Source: Octopus bimaculoides (lineage: Eukaryota). From it: a DNA stretch of 64,000 nt. Below are positions 40,326-53,138 of the stretch, one piece after another. The translations under genes were made by a program, and so were the position numbers. The stretch's first letter is position 1. Every line of letters starts with the position of its first letter. The stretch covers positions 29,290,447 through 29,354,446 of the forward strand of contig NC_069005.1 in the NCBI RefSeq assembly GCF_001194135.2, read 5' to 3'. The notes beneath the pieces are model-generated. The model did no database searches and had not been told where the DNA came from. It worked only from the letters and a program-made list of their open reading frames with translations.

Positions 40326-41287
40326 CTTTGAAAAAAATACATATACAAAGTTAGTTTCCAAGAGCCACTCAAGGCCCCATTGTTAAGCATCAGACAATCA
40401 TCTGATGAGTCCGCAGTTAATATCTCATCACTGCATTATATCAGTTTTTGGCAAGACAGCTCTCGTGAGCCTAATGCACCAAGCTTTAGGCCCTGCTGCC
40501 TCTAAGCAGCAGTGCTAGATAACTGGAGGTTTCATTGTGTCAGTGGTAAGAGTACAAAAGATTTCATGCCTAAACCTAACTGTACTAATAACCAGAGTTT
40601 CTGACCCTCAAATTTTTTTTTTTTTAATGCAACGATGGTGTAATTTTAGAATTACAGTGGTGTGGAAATATTTCGTTATGCAAAGCAATTGAAATAAAAG
40701 AGCAAATCAAAATCCTTTTATAAAAAAAAAAAAAAAAAAAAAAACTGAAGCAAGATTTTATGATGTAAGCAATGCAGCATTTCATAGAATTTAGCAGTGA
40801 ATTTTATTTTAAGAAAAATACTCAATCAAGAGCTTTTAAACTGAACATAAAACTTAGAAAGAGTGGACCCACAAGTTAAGAACAAGATAGGGTTTTTGAT
40901 TATCAGCTTTGCTAGAAAATTAATCAGTTGGCCAAAAAATATAAGACGTAAGTTAAATCTCAATGACTGTTAATTAATAGAAATAGAAATTAAATCTAAA
41001 ATAATCCAAGCTAAGTTTTCCACTCAGATACTAAAACAAAAGAAAAACGTCAACAACAAAAAATATTTTCATGAAATACTAATTCCCAACAATTCTTACA
41101 GATTTTTTTAATAAAACAATGTTAGGACAATATACTCAAGAACTTTTAGACCTTTCTTTATAACATAATTGCAATCATATTGAGTACAGCATAATCTGAG
41201 TTTCAGAATTGTAAATGGTGTCAATCTTTGTGTGAGGACTAGCTGTTCTTCGGCCCTATGTCTGCCAAGATCCAGGTGATAATAATA

Positions 41288-41482
41288 TTAACCTTTTTGT
41301 TACCATATTTCTGTTCAAATACACTGCCTTTGTTTCACTTTATTTTGAAAATAGCAAAGAATTTAGTCAATTAACTTTGTCATTATTATGCTAGTGCTTG
41401 GAATATAAATTGACTGGAAATTTTGAAGGAATGTTTCAATTTAACCAGGCAGTCTTGGGCAGGTTGGTATCAAAAGGGTTAA
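41288..41482. mobile_element. piggyBac-like MITE family 1 copy
   Basis: ttaacctttttgttacc ... ggtatcaaaagggttaa; related remnants at about 23830-23990 and about 27300-27550. Confidence 0.75.
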
Positions 41483-41932
41483 TATTCTTATTAATACTTC
41501 TACTAATAAACTATTATTAAGGACATTTTCTTTTCCATGATTAAAATACATCACCTGTGTTCCAATCAATTTTGAAAATAATCGGGAATTTGAAGTTCTG
41601 ATGATTAAGACAGTACATAGAATCCAACTTACAAGGTTCTTACTTAAAATTATGAAGGATGTAACTTAAAGATGCATACTTTAAAATCAGAGAGCCAGAG
41701 GTAACCTCAAACAGAATGGTATCAAAAGCATTAAGACAGTTAAGCCAGATTTAAGAAAAAATTGGTTTATCTGAATGAACACTTAAATTAGTCAACCATG
41801 AAACAGCACACAACACAATGGCAGATAATCTTTCCTACTAGTTAACTAACATGAGCTATAAAATACATCACCACAAGACCATCATCATCATCATCTACAA
41901 ACAACAAAGACGTTAAACCACAAGAATCTTAC

Positions 41933-42092
41933 CAGACTTCAGATCTTTAACTTCATCAACTTCCATCTTTGTGTCTTTCTCTTTGTCTTCATCTTTGCCT
42001 TTAGCATTGCTTTCTTCTTCCTTTTTGGAAATGGGTTCATCAATTTGCATGCTTTCCTCTTTGTCTTTACTCTCTGGACTCGCCACCTCTTT
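41933..42092 (-). CDS. CHD4: CHD charged-linker exon (KEVASPESKDKEESMQID...KDLKS)
   Basis: ttacag/gtaaga, 160 nt phase 0-1. Confidence 0.85.
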
Positions 42093-42304
42093 CTGTAAAA
42101 TAGCAGGTGTTTGGGCCAAGGTTAACACCAATGAATAAACTGCTACCCAAGTTACATACAGAGCTGTCAGTTTAACAACAAGGCTATACGGATGATTAAC
42201 TCCTTGAGTGTGTTTTTTGCGTGTCAGTGTCCCCAAAGTATGGATGCAGTCTAATGCCCAAAATAAGTAAAGGATAAAAGATATATGTATGTGTGTGTGT
42301 ATAT

Positions 42305-42446
42305 ATGAGAGAGAGAGGGGGGGGAGAGGGCGGGAGAGAGAGGGAGAGAGAGAGGGAGATAGAGAGGGAGAGAGATAGGGAGAGAGATAGGGAGAGAGAG
42401 AGGGAGAGAGAGAGGGAGAGAGAGAGGGAGAGGGAGAGAGAGAGGG
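42305..42446. repeat. Purine-only (GAGAGAGG)n-type tract
   Basis: About 140 bp polypurine/polypyrimidine run. Confidence 0.9.
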
Positions 42447-42833
42447 ACTGGTGTAGCTGCTTAGTTAAGAAGTCTTTTTAGTAACCCCATGGTTCCAGGT
42501 TCAATCCCATTACAAGTCATCTTGGGCATGTCCTGTACTGCCACCTCAGGTTGACCAATGCCTGCTAAGTAGAATTTAGTAGAGAGAAACTGTGCAGAAG
42601 CCCATTGTGTGTATTTCCTACAACTTTACCTCTTAATAAGAACCAATACTGTTCTGAAAAATTAACCAAGTCACTCAATACATTCAAGATTGTCACGAAA
42701 AAACAAGAATACGAGAGGCAATATGATTAATGATTAACACAACCCCACCCCACTTGCAAAGGCAGTGCTCCAGAATGGTCACCGTTCAATAACCGAGACC
42801 AGTCACCAGCATAAAAACGAAACAAAGTCTCAC

Positions 42834-43505
42834 CTTCTCTGACTTCTCGCCAGCTTCTTCAGTGGCTGCTTTTTCTTTGTCATCTTTCTTCTCTTCAGGT
42901 TTATCTACATCCATATCCTCATTATCTTTGTCCCCAGGTTTATTTCCCTTGTCACCACCCAGCTTGCTTTCCTCTTTATCACTTTTATCTCCTCCTCCTT
43001 TTTCTGTAGAAGCAGCTCCTGTTTGTTCAGTTTTATCACTTTCTTCTGTTGTGTCAGTCGTCTCTGTCTTTTCACTTTCCTCGGGTTTCTCCGTCTTATC
43101 GACCGAGTCTGGTTTATCGACTGAGTCGGGTTTTTCGGTTTTGTCGGGTTTATCAGTTTTGTCTGTCGTTTCTGTTTTCTCTGTCTTTTCAGTTTTCTCT
43201 GTCTTTTCAGTTATTTCTGTCTTTTCAGTTTTTTCTGTCTTTTCAGTTTTGTCGGTTTTGTCTGTTTTGTCTGTTTTCTCGGATTTTTCAGTTTTATCAG
43301 TGTCTTTGCCATCGTTTTCCTTTTTAACATCAGATGCACTAATACTTTGATCTTTAGTCTCTTCATCAACATCAATGTCTTCTGATTTGGCATCATCTGC
43401 GCCAGCTGCGGGCGCGTCTTTTTCTTTTTTGATTCTCTCTAACGCCTCAGTTGCCTTCATATAAGGCATGCTGTGGGTGCCATTGATAGCTTCAAATTCT
43501 TGAAC
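42834..43505 (-). CDS. CHD4: CHD 672-nt exon: VQEFEAINGTHSMP followed by highly charged linker with T[DE]K tripeptide repeats
   Basis: ttctag/gtgaga, 224 codons phase 0-0, no stops; starts with conserved VQEFE. Confidence 0.92.
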
Positions 43506-43568
43506 CTAGAAAGATGTTTAAAAAATACACATAATAAGAACAGAAGAGGGAAAGAGAGAAAAGATATA

Positions 43569-43695
43569 CAGGGTGTCCACAAAGACTGGGTACATGGAGT
43601 ACATAAAATCATAATATAAACAATTAAATATAAGAAATAATCATTTCTTAAAGTATGTGTTAATCCCCATGTACCCAGACTTTGTGGACACCCTG
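43569..43695. mobile_element. Tc1/mariner-like MITE (127 bp)
   Basis: 29-bp TIRs CAGGGTGTCCACAAAG(A/T)CTGGGTACATGG with 1 mismatch, flanked by TA on both sides; lone related end tttgggacaccctgta at about 39174-39189. Confidence 0.85.
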
Positions 43696-44256
43696 TAGTT
43701 TGTGTTTACACAAAAGGGCAAAAGAAAGGTTTAAAATACACACACACAAATCACTATCCATTAAATGTCCCATTTTCCATGTTAGCATTGATTAAACTGT
43801 TCGACAGGAACCAATAAATGGGAGGACCGCTTCAGTGCATGGCCTAGCAGTTAGGGTGCTACACTCATGATCGTGTGACTACGGTTTCCATTCCCTGACT
43901 GGGTGGTGTGGATGTTGTGATTTGAACAAAAATCCTCATCTCACTTTGCTCTATGGTCAATTCGACACCCGACATAGGTTAACCATGCACCTGTACAAGT
44001 TAAGGATAGTTTGATGGAGGGAGTGAGTTAATGTACAGCACAAACAAACAAACAAACAATTTGTGCAAGTTGTTTTCAGACAAGAGACTACCACCATACT
44101 AAGCACACACACCACACAGAGCCCAGGGCAGTCCTCCCACTTGTCAGGAGTTCTGAAGATATGCCAAAAGGCATGACATACTACCAAAGGATATTGGTGT
44201 GGCCAAACTAACAAAACATTGTGTGCACATGTATACATAAAAATTATGGATAGCTA

Positions 44257-44719
<463 letters not shown>

Positions 44720-44986
44720 TCAGACATTTATCAGCTTATTTTCTTTCTTTATGATACTTTCATAATTACTGCTCCCCGCCCCCAAATATCAAAAGTATTA
44801 TTTCCAGTTTTTAATCATTACAATTTGACTGAAATACAGAGGTAGATCGTCTATAACCTTTCTGTCACCAACTCCAACCTCTTCCTAGGCCAGATATGTT
44901 TTTGAACAAAACTCAAAAGGAATGATACTGTTTGTATAATGTTAAAACCAGGAAACACAGGCATATACATACTCCCATCATACAAT

Positions 44987-45042
<56 letters not shown>

Positions 45043-45635
45043 CAGGCTTCTTACAGTTTCTGCCTACCAAATACATTCAAAAAACTTTGGTAGGCCTGGT
45101 GCTATAGCAGAATGTACTCGCCAAAGGAGTCACACGGCCACAATTTTGTCAAATGTTAGTAAATTCAATATTAAAATCCATTACCATTGCAAAACTGCCA
45201 GTATGCAACATTTTAAACTAATTTTGGACCTTGGATGAAGTCATTTCACTTCAATTACACTACTCTCAGCAAAGACATGACCACAACCCATTTCTCCCAC
45301 CTTTCATATCGTCATTTCAAATTCAGACACAAAACCGGAAACCTCGGGGTGAGGGAATTGGCCAACACCCTCAATCCGATTACATGAGGCCCTTTATTTT
45401 ATCGACCCTGGCAAGATGACATTAACATTAATGGGATTTGAACAAAAGACTTAAAAACTAAATGAAATACCATTAGACATTGTTTTTCATGCTCTATCAA
45501 CTCTGCGAATACCTCTAAAAGATAGAGTAATGGATGCAATGCCTTCTACCTTTCATAACATGATAAAAACAAACCACCAAATGTTAATAAAATTTCATGC
45601 AAAAATATTCTAAATAAATATTAAGTTCTACATAC

Positions 45636-45721
45636 TTCTATTTGACCATTGACTCGAGCTAACAAAGGTGGCAGTGGTTTGTCCCTGTCTGACACTCCGG
45701 ACCGCTTCCTATTGCTACGGG
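45636..45721 (-). CDS. CHD4: CHD exon, start of DUF1086 (RSNRKRSGVSDRDKPLPPLLARVNGQIE)
   Basis: ttacag/gtatgt, 86 nt phase 1-0. Confidence 0.95.
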
Positions 45722-45978
45722 CTGTAAAAAAAATAAACGGAGTTGATTAAGTTTAACAGGTATGAAAACCAAAATTAATATTCGCAAAATACAGTAAAAC
45801 AATAAAAATTTTCAATATTCCACAGCCAAAGTAACAGTTTTAATATATGATATTAAATATTTTAAAGCCAGAGAGTTGATCTCATAAGCATGATGCAAAA
45901 TGGGTTACAGAAATCCCTTACTTTATTAAAAATAATCAAACAAGTTTTATGAAAATAGGATAAAAATAAAAAACTTAC

Positions 45979-46020
45979 ATTCTTGTTTGTCTTCAAAGTC
46001 ATCATCATCTTCTTCATAAT
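45979..46020 (-). CDS. CHD4: CHD 42-nt acidic exon (DYEEDDDDFEDKQE)
   Basis: ttttcag/gtaagt, phase 1-1; corresponds to the EEGDEDFDER segment of CHD4. Confidence 0.9.
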
Positions 46021-47957
46021 CTGAAAAAAATCAAAACGTTGAAAATTAGCGTTTTGTGAGTTAACCCCCACACACAAACACACTACTAAATAATGGTAAA
46101 GTACTTTTAAAGGGTGCGAAGGTAACTTCTGTAAACAAGTAACTGATGAAACAAAGCCCCCTTTTTTTTTTCTAGTGCAACTGGTTTTGTCATTTAAGAA
46201 ATAAATTTGGACAAACATAAGAAATACACAAAAACACACACAGTTTTTGTATTCAACAGCAAAAGAAACTCTCAAATCATAATTAGCTAATTGCCATATC
46301 AAGTGTTAATCTCGTACATTAAAACACAAATTAACATCAGTCATCAATAAAAGTAATCTTTAAACACCAAGAAACTGATGCAAGAGAAACACTATTAAAT
46401 TTACTAAAACGCAGCATGTGTTTGTCAAGAGTACATATACCTACATATATACACTAGTAAAGTAAATAATATACAAGACAAGTAAATTAATCACAGAAGA
46501 CATATTCACAGATGCTTCTTTGCCAGTGTCTGCGGCAGGGGGAGTTGTAGTAACCAGAAGAGTGGAAACTTGTCAGAGTTTCTTATTTTTACTAAGAAGA
46601 GACATTGACTCAAACAACATAAACAATCTCAAGACATTTGAGATATCAAGTAACTGGAAGATTCTTAACAAGGAGAGTAATGTTAAAGGTTCTGTTCTAT
46701 TGACATCGAAAAGACAAATGTTTCTCATGGCTTTTTTTTTACTGTTGATTTGAAACAGAACCCTGACAATACAAACTCATTGAGTTGTATGATCATGAAG
46801 CTCCCAATATTGGTTTCAAGTTTTGGCACATGGCCAGCAGTTTTGGGAGGGAGAGGCCAAGACGAATCGACTCCGGTGCTTATTTTATCAACTCCAAAAC
46901 TATGAAAGGCAAAATCAACTCCAGCAGAGTTTGAACACAAACGGACGATATGCTGCTGAGTATCTTGTCCAGCATGTTAACGATTCTGCCAGCTCACTAC
47001 CTTAGATATTGATATCGTAACGTTCACAGCATATAATAAGACATGCACAAACAAAGAACCAAGAAGAAAGCAGGTAAACCACTTCTAATGAGTTAGACAT
47101 AAAAAAAAAGCACTATTTAAAGATAATAATTTAATTTCATTTACTGTGAAGTAACATTTGAACTTGTATATAACTTACCGTAAACGCGCGAATACAAGGT
47201 GGCATCAGGAAGAGGCCATCATGAATTGAAAAAGAAAATAAATAACATTTATGAAATATAAATATCTAAATTATGATTCAAAACAAACAGGAAATAAATT
47301 TGTATAAACAGGTAGAAAAAAAACACAACATAACTGAAATCTTATAGAAAATGGTAAAAATTCATTTTAGCATTTAAAAGTAAAGGCTCAGACCCATGAG
47401 CTTACAATAAAGATCCCCAACACCTGAATCACTAAGCCATATGCCTCTTCCCCCACCCCACCCCACAAAAGATACAAAAAGTAGGAATTTAGGAAGCAAA
47501 TTAAATGTTTTTAAAACAATATACATTTGAAAGGGGAGTGTTTTGTTGATTTTTTTTCTCCTTTTTTTAAATGTAAGCTTTTGAATTTTCCAATTTTTGA
47601 CCCCCCCATCATTCCTATATTTACAAATGTAGACCCTTCGAGAAAACAGGGATCCTTTAATTCAATGAAGTTGAAACTTCACCAATATCTAAGTTTGATA
47701 AAAACAGACATGAGTTCCTAAATTCATAGGTTTTGATAAGTTCCCTTCCGCCCTTGGGCTAATAAGAAGTAAATGAAAATGAACCAAGTCATTTAGTGTT
47801 CTGAAAGAAACTACTACAAAGATTTGTGTTAAAAAAAAATTAAACACCAGTCTAAGCATTATAATATCATACATATACATTCATATACACACACACTCAC
47901 AGGTAATGTTTATTTGAATGGGCAACAACAAAAACATATAAAGTAGGATAACAATCA

Positions 47958-48236
<279 letters not shown>

Positions 48237-49175
48237 CTACAAAGGAAATTGCCAACAAAAAATGTACCTTTCACATATCGATAGTTGTCAACAATTCGGT
48301 CCGCTTGGCTACCCCAATAGTAATATTAACAAATAGGTGCCCTTTGCTACCCAGTAGTAACATAAACAAATAAGCACCCTATGCAAAAATGTGTATTCTT
48401 TGCTTCTCCATCACAGTGGTCCAAATTATTCAGTAAATTCAGATTTATTTCCATATCAGTCTTCAAGCTAGGAAGTTGTTGTCAATATGAAGATGGTGGA
48501 ATGAGAAAAATGCCTGACTAATAAACAGCAAATTTCATATTTTTCAACTTTCTACCAGTAAAATGAAATCAAAATACATTAGAGGTAGCTTATTATTCAT
48601 ATAGGTTTCCATCTCTCTAAGTTATGAGATTTTCATTTCTAGTTGTTGGAAGACTAAGTCAAAACTAAATGCTCTGAAACTGGATAGCAATTTACACAAT
48701 TTAATTTACGGCATGGTTCCAGTTTAGTAAAGAGGGTACNNNNNNNNNNNNNNNNNNNNNNNNNNCATCATGGGTAACATCAGGAAATCTGGCATACATA
48801 TAACTTTAATTCAATTTTCTTGGTACTTATACAAAATGACAATATTAATATTCAAAAGAAAAAAAATATTAGCTCCAAAAAAATGAATAAATAAATAAAA
48901 ATTTGATTTATATATTTGCAAGGAAATTATATCATTTTTCAAAATGTTATGGATATAATCTCAATCGACTACTTAAAAAACTAATCTCTGCAAAAATTCA
49001 TTAAAAATACATTTTTCAGAAAGACACCCATTCTGCACTTCTCATGTTAATTCTCTCTGCATCTTCCTTTACTCTTTCCCCCACTCACTCACTCACTCTC
49101 TCTCTCTCTCTGATATCATCCAACTAACAATTGTATTTGCTTTTATTAAATAATGATATGCACACTGTTACTTAC

Positions 49176-49330
49176 CTCTTGTTCACCTTCTTTCACTTGA
49201 TAGCTGGCCACTTTAAAAGAACTTAGATATTCATTCATAGCTATTTCCTTTTCTACTTGGCCTTCTTGAGTACGATCCAACAACTTGGAAATAGCTTCGA
49301 TATCGTAAACAATTTTTTTTTCATCATCAT
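49176..49330 (-). CDS. CHD4: CHD exon (DDEKKIVYDIEAISKLLDRTQ...MNEYLSSFKVASY...EQE)
   Basis: gaacag/gtaagt, 155 nt phase 1-0. Confidence 0.95.
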
Positions 49331-51310
49331 CTGTTCAAAAATAGAAACAAATTGAAGTTGCCCTCCAGTGAAGACAAGGATGAACATGTCAATGCTACGC
49401 TTCACAAGGAACAAAACTTTCTAAAACAAAAGACACCAATGAAAAATACTGAACAAAAGTGATTGAAACAAAGTTAATTTCAGGAAAAGTGAGCCTTTTC
49501 AGCACTACTTCAGCCATTCAAAAGTGAAAAAAAAACTAAATAATTGCTGGATTAAGTAATCACATCTAAAATCTTATGTGTAATTGAATCATGCTTGATT
49601 TAACAAATGTAATTATATGACAATTACTATCATACATGAATTGAGGTTTGTTCGCCATCAACCCGACATTTGAAGTAACAGTACCAACAGAGAAACTTGT
49701 CTTAAGATGTACCCTCAGTTTTCTCATACAACTGGATCTGTCCATTTTAACAGCATGTTCACACCCCACTATAACAGGTTTCTCAAATTTCCACAACAAG
49801 AAAATTGGCAAAGATCATCTTATACAATTTTATATTACAATAAACCTATGTAATCATGCAAACTACTGTATTTTTTTCCAAACTAAGTCATTTCATTCAA
49901 TAGAGAGAAAGGAGAAAGTGTGAAAGCCACCATTCTGTGTTATATAATAATGGTTCTTCACTGCTGATACACTTTAATGCCCTTTCAGCAGTAACGTCTA
50001 CCAAATTGTTTCATTGTGACAGTAGCACTTTTAATGTACTCTTGAGAGTCTAGGCATTATAATCATTCCCTATCAAGTTTTATTTTCTGAGTCCCCAAAT
50101 TTTCAAAATAGATTGTCCCACAACAAGAGAACCCATAACACTCCTTGTTATTAGAACCAAAAAAAATTTCACATAAGGAGGACAAACAACTGGTTAGGGA
50201 AGAGAAGAAAAAAAAAGCAAAAGAAGTGAGAGGTGAGAATAGGTTGGAGAAGGTCTCCCCAAGGGCATCTATCTCAGGCAGTGTCACTTTACAGTGACAA
50301 ACATTAGAGACTGGCATGAAGTTGATCGTGAGGACCTTTCAATATAGCTGTATAACCAAAGGCACAAGAGAAATTCAACATCAAATATATATGCATTAGG
50401 GTTGAATTTCTGAAACAGATAAATTCAGAACCAAGCATATTTGTGAAGGAAAGAAAAAAAGGAAAAGAGACAAAGTAGACATACAGATTGCCAAATCAAC
50501 ATCTTAATACTGTATGTATCTACTTACAAATGAAATACTGCCTGACCATTGCTACACACAAGCTCATCCCCCAGATGGTTCTCTACTCTCAAAATGACTG
50601 CTATAATAAGATGTACAAAATGTAGCTTCACAGCCAGTTACATTTTCATTACAGAGACAGTATTAAGCTCTTGTTATGCTTGCCTCAAACTAGGCCAGGA
50701 GAAGAAAAAAAAAAATACAACAGCATAAAAGTCAACATCAATAAATTGTTCTCGAACAACTGATCTGGCATCTGTCAACTTTGCTTCTATTCCCCCTTTT
50801 TCTCACATCACATCACATCTTTCTCTCAATCCACCTGCCTTCTAATGTGCATGTGTGTGTGTTTAGCTAGATGTCTGCACTTGTGTACACAAAAACCTGG
50901 AAAATTACAAATAATTAATTTGAAGAAAGAAAATTGGCAGCAGTCATATTAAAGAACAGTGGTTTGGCAGTCACACATACAATAGTAGCTTCCAACTGAA
51001 GAATGAACAGGTTATTAAAATGGAAAAAATGCAATATTTTAAACAATTTCAACTGTAAATTTTTTTCTCAATTTGTAGGGGGAGGGGAAACCAATAACGT
51101 TGATATAACTAAATGAAAGTGAAGAAAACACAATTTTTAATTTGGAAGCTGAAAATGCAATTTATACATTGACTGACAGAGCACATTTAATACTACAAGT
51201 AGAAAATTTTTTTTGTGTTGAGGTGTTTGTTATCTATGTAATTTCCAGATTTCATCCACCTTTCTCAATTTAAATTTCAAATGATCAAATCTACTACATT
51301 TTTAAGCAAT

Positions 51311-51523
51311 TTAACCCCTTAGCAATCAATTTTCTGTCAAAACTGATGATTATTTATTCACATTGATTTGAATTAGTCGTGTTTTTACCTTGAAACTTTG
51401 AGATTTCAATGACATTGAAATATTGTAAGGTAAGTGTGAGATAGGCAAGATCTGGCCAGTTAGAAGATAAAACAGGTACAATATTTTGGCCGGATATGGC
51501 CAGTTTAAATGCTAAAGGGTTAA
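51311..51523. mobile_element. piggyBac-like MITE family 2
   Basis: ttaaccccttagca ... tgctaaagggttaa; shares internal motif (gatctggccagtt...ggccggatatggccagtttaaatgc) with copies at about 3930-4044, 16647-17003, 30746-30934, 36929-37154 and 60540-60615. Confidence 0.75.
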
Positions 51524-51550
51524 AATAAATGTGTGCACATGTGAGTTCAC

Positions 51551-51587
<37 letters not shown>

Positions 51588-53105
51588 TGAATAGTTTGTT
51601 TTACAACCACAAAGTATTTGGTTCAAGCCCACTGGCCTGACACCTTGGATAAATGTCGTTTTGTAGGGTCACAGGTTGACCCGTATCTAGTGAATGAAAT
51701 TGGGCAGATAGAAACTATAGAGGCTCATCAGGTGAATTGTACCTCTAATGCAAAAAATATAGCCTTGCCACACATTTGCTGATTCAGCCAGAGAACTGCA
51801 CTAAGGTTGCAGGTATCAGTGGAATACTTATCCACTTGTCTTAGTGCAGCTGAGCGAGCAATTGGCTTCTCATAAGTTACATAAAGGTGAATAGAGATTT
51901 GATAGTTTGAAATATAATAAATTGAGAAAGGAGACTGAAAGTCTTAAACCACTACATAACACACTTGTTTAAGCCAATAATAATAACAATGGTTTCAATT
52001 TTTGGCACAGAGCCTGCAGGTTTTTGAGAGGGGTGGGGGGGCTAGTTGATTACATCAACTCCAGTACTTGACTGGTACTTATTTTATCGACCTTGAAAGG
52101 ATGAAAGGCAAAGTTGACCTTGGCGGAATTCGAACTCAGAACATAAAGACAGACAAAATGTGCTAAGAATTTTGTCTGGATTGCTAACAATTCTGCCAGC
52201 TCGCATAATAATAATAATAATAATAATTCTTTAATGCTTTCTACTATAGTCACAAAACCTGAAATTTTAGTAGGGAGGTGGGGTAGTTGGTTACACTGAC
52301 ATCAGTACAAGACTGGTAATTATTTTATCAACCCTGAATAAAAATCACAGCCAACCTCGGCGGCACTTGAACTCGGAGTGTAAAGAGCCATTGCCTCATT
52401 AATAATAATAAAAATTATTCCCATGATCATTATTATTTTAAGCTGTCTTAAATATAAACAAATTTTAAATGCTAAAGGTGACGTTTGGAATTACTTCTGT
52501 TTAATTCTTTCTCTTTAAAAAGAGAAACAAGAATATCTTTGAAAAATATTTGATAACTGTTAGGCAGAGAATAATGGCTTAAGTTGCAGGTTACGTACAT
52601 AACCAGCAATCAGAAGCATTGTTGTTCAACTACTGGTGTGTCTGCCACATGAACTATTTACAACTAATGAAGCTATAGCTGATGAGCATTAAAAAAAAGG
52701 ACAGATTTGATAAAGTGCAAGCTGTTTAATTTGATACCACCACAAGCCTCACAGGGATAGGATCTTTCAAATGCTTGTCCAGATAAGCCCTTCAAACTGA
52801 CAATATTTCTGTTCTTATCACCCAGAATATGGTACTGCTTTGGTACATAGTTCTGGAAATATTTGCCAGTTTTAGACTATGTTGGAATGCAGTTAACATT
52901 TTTGATGTGCTATCAGTTGATTTCACATGATACAAGTGTATTGTAAACTACAAGTCCAGTCAAAAGATGTAGGCACCATCAGCTACAATTTATATAAAAG
53001 ATTTTTATGGAATATCTTCCATGTTAGGGAGCTTTTGTTCAGTGGGGTAGAGTTTATTTTAAATATTAAAATGGAGGAAGAGTTTTCCAAATTGGGGTGG
53101 TCTTT

Positions 53106-53138
<33 letters not shown>

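Noticed and set aside
42862-43350. Plus-strand Ser/Val/Leu/Phe-rich 162-aa ORF (and 43049-43327)
   Set aside because: Antisense shadow of the repetitive CHD exon
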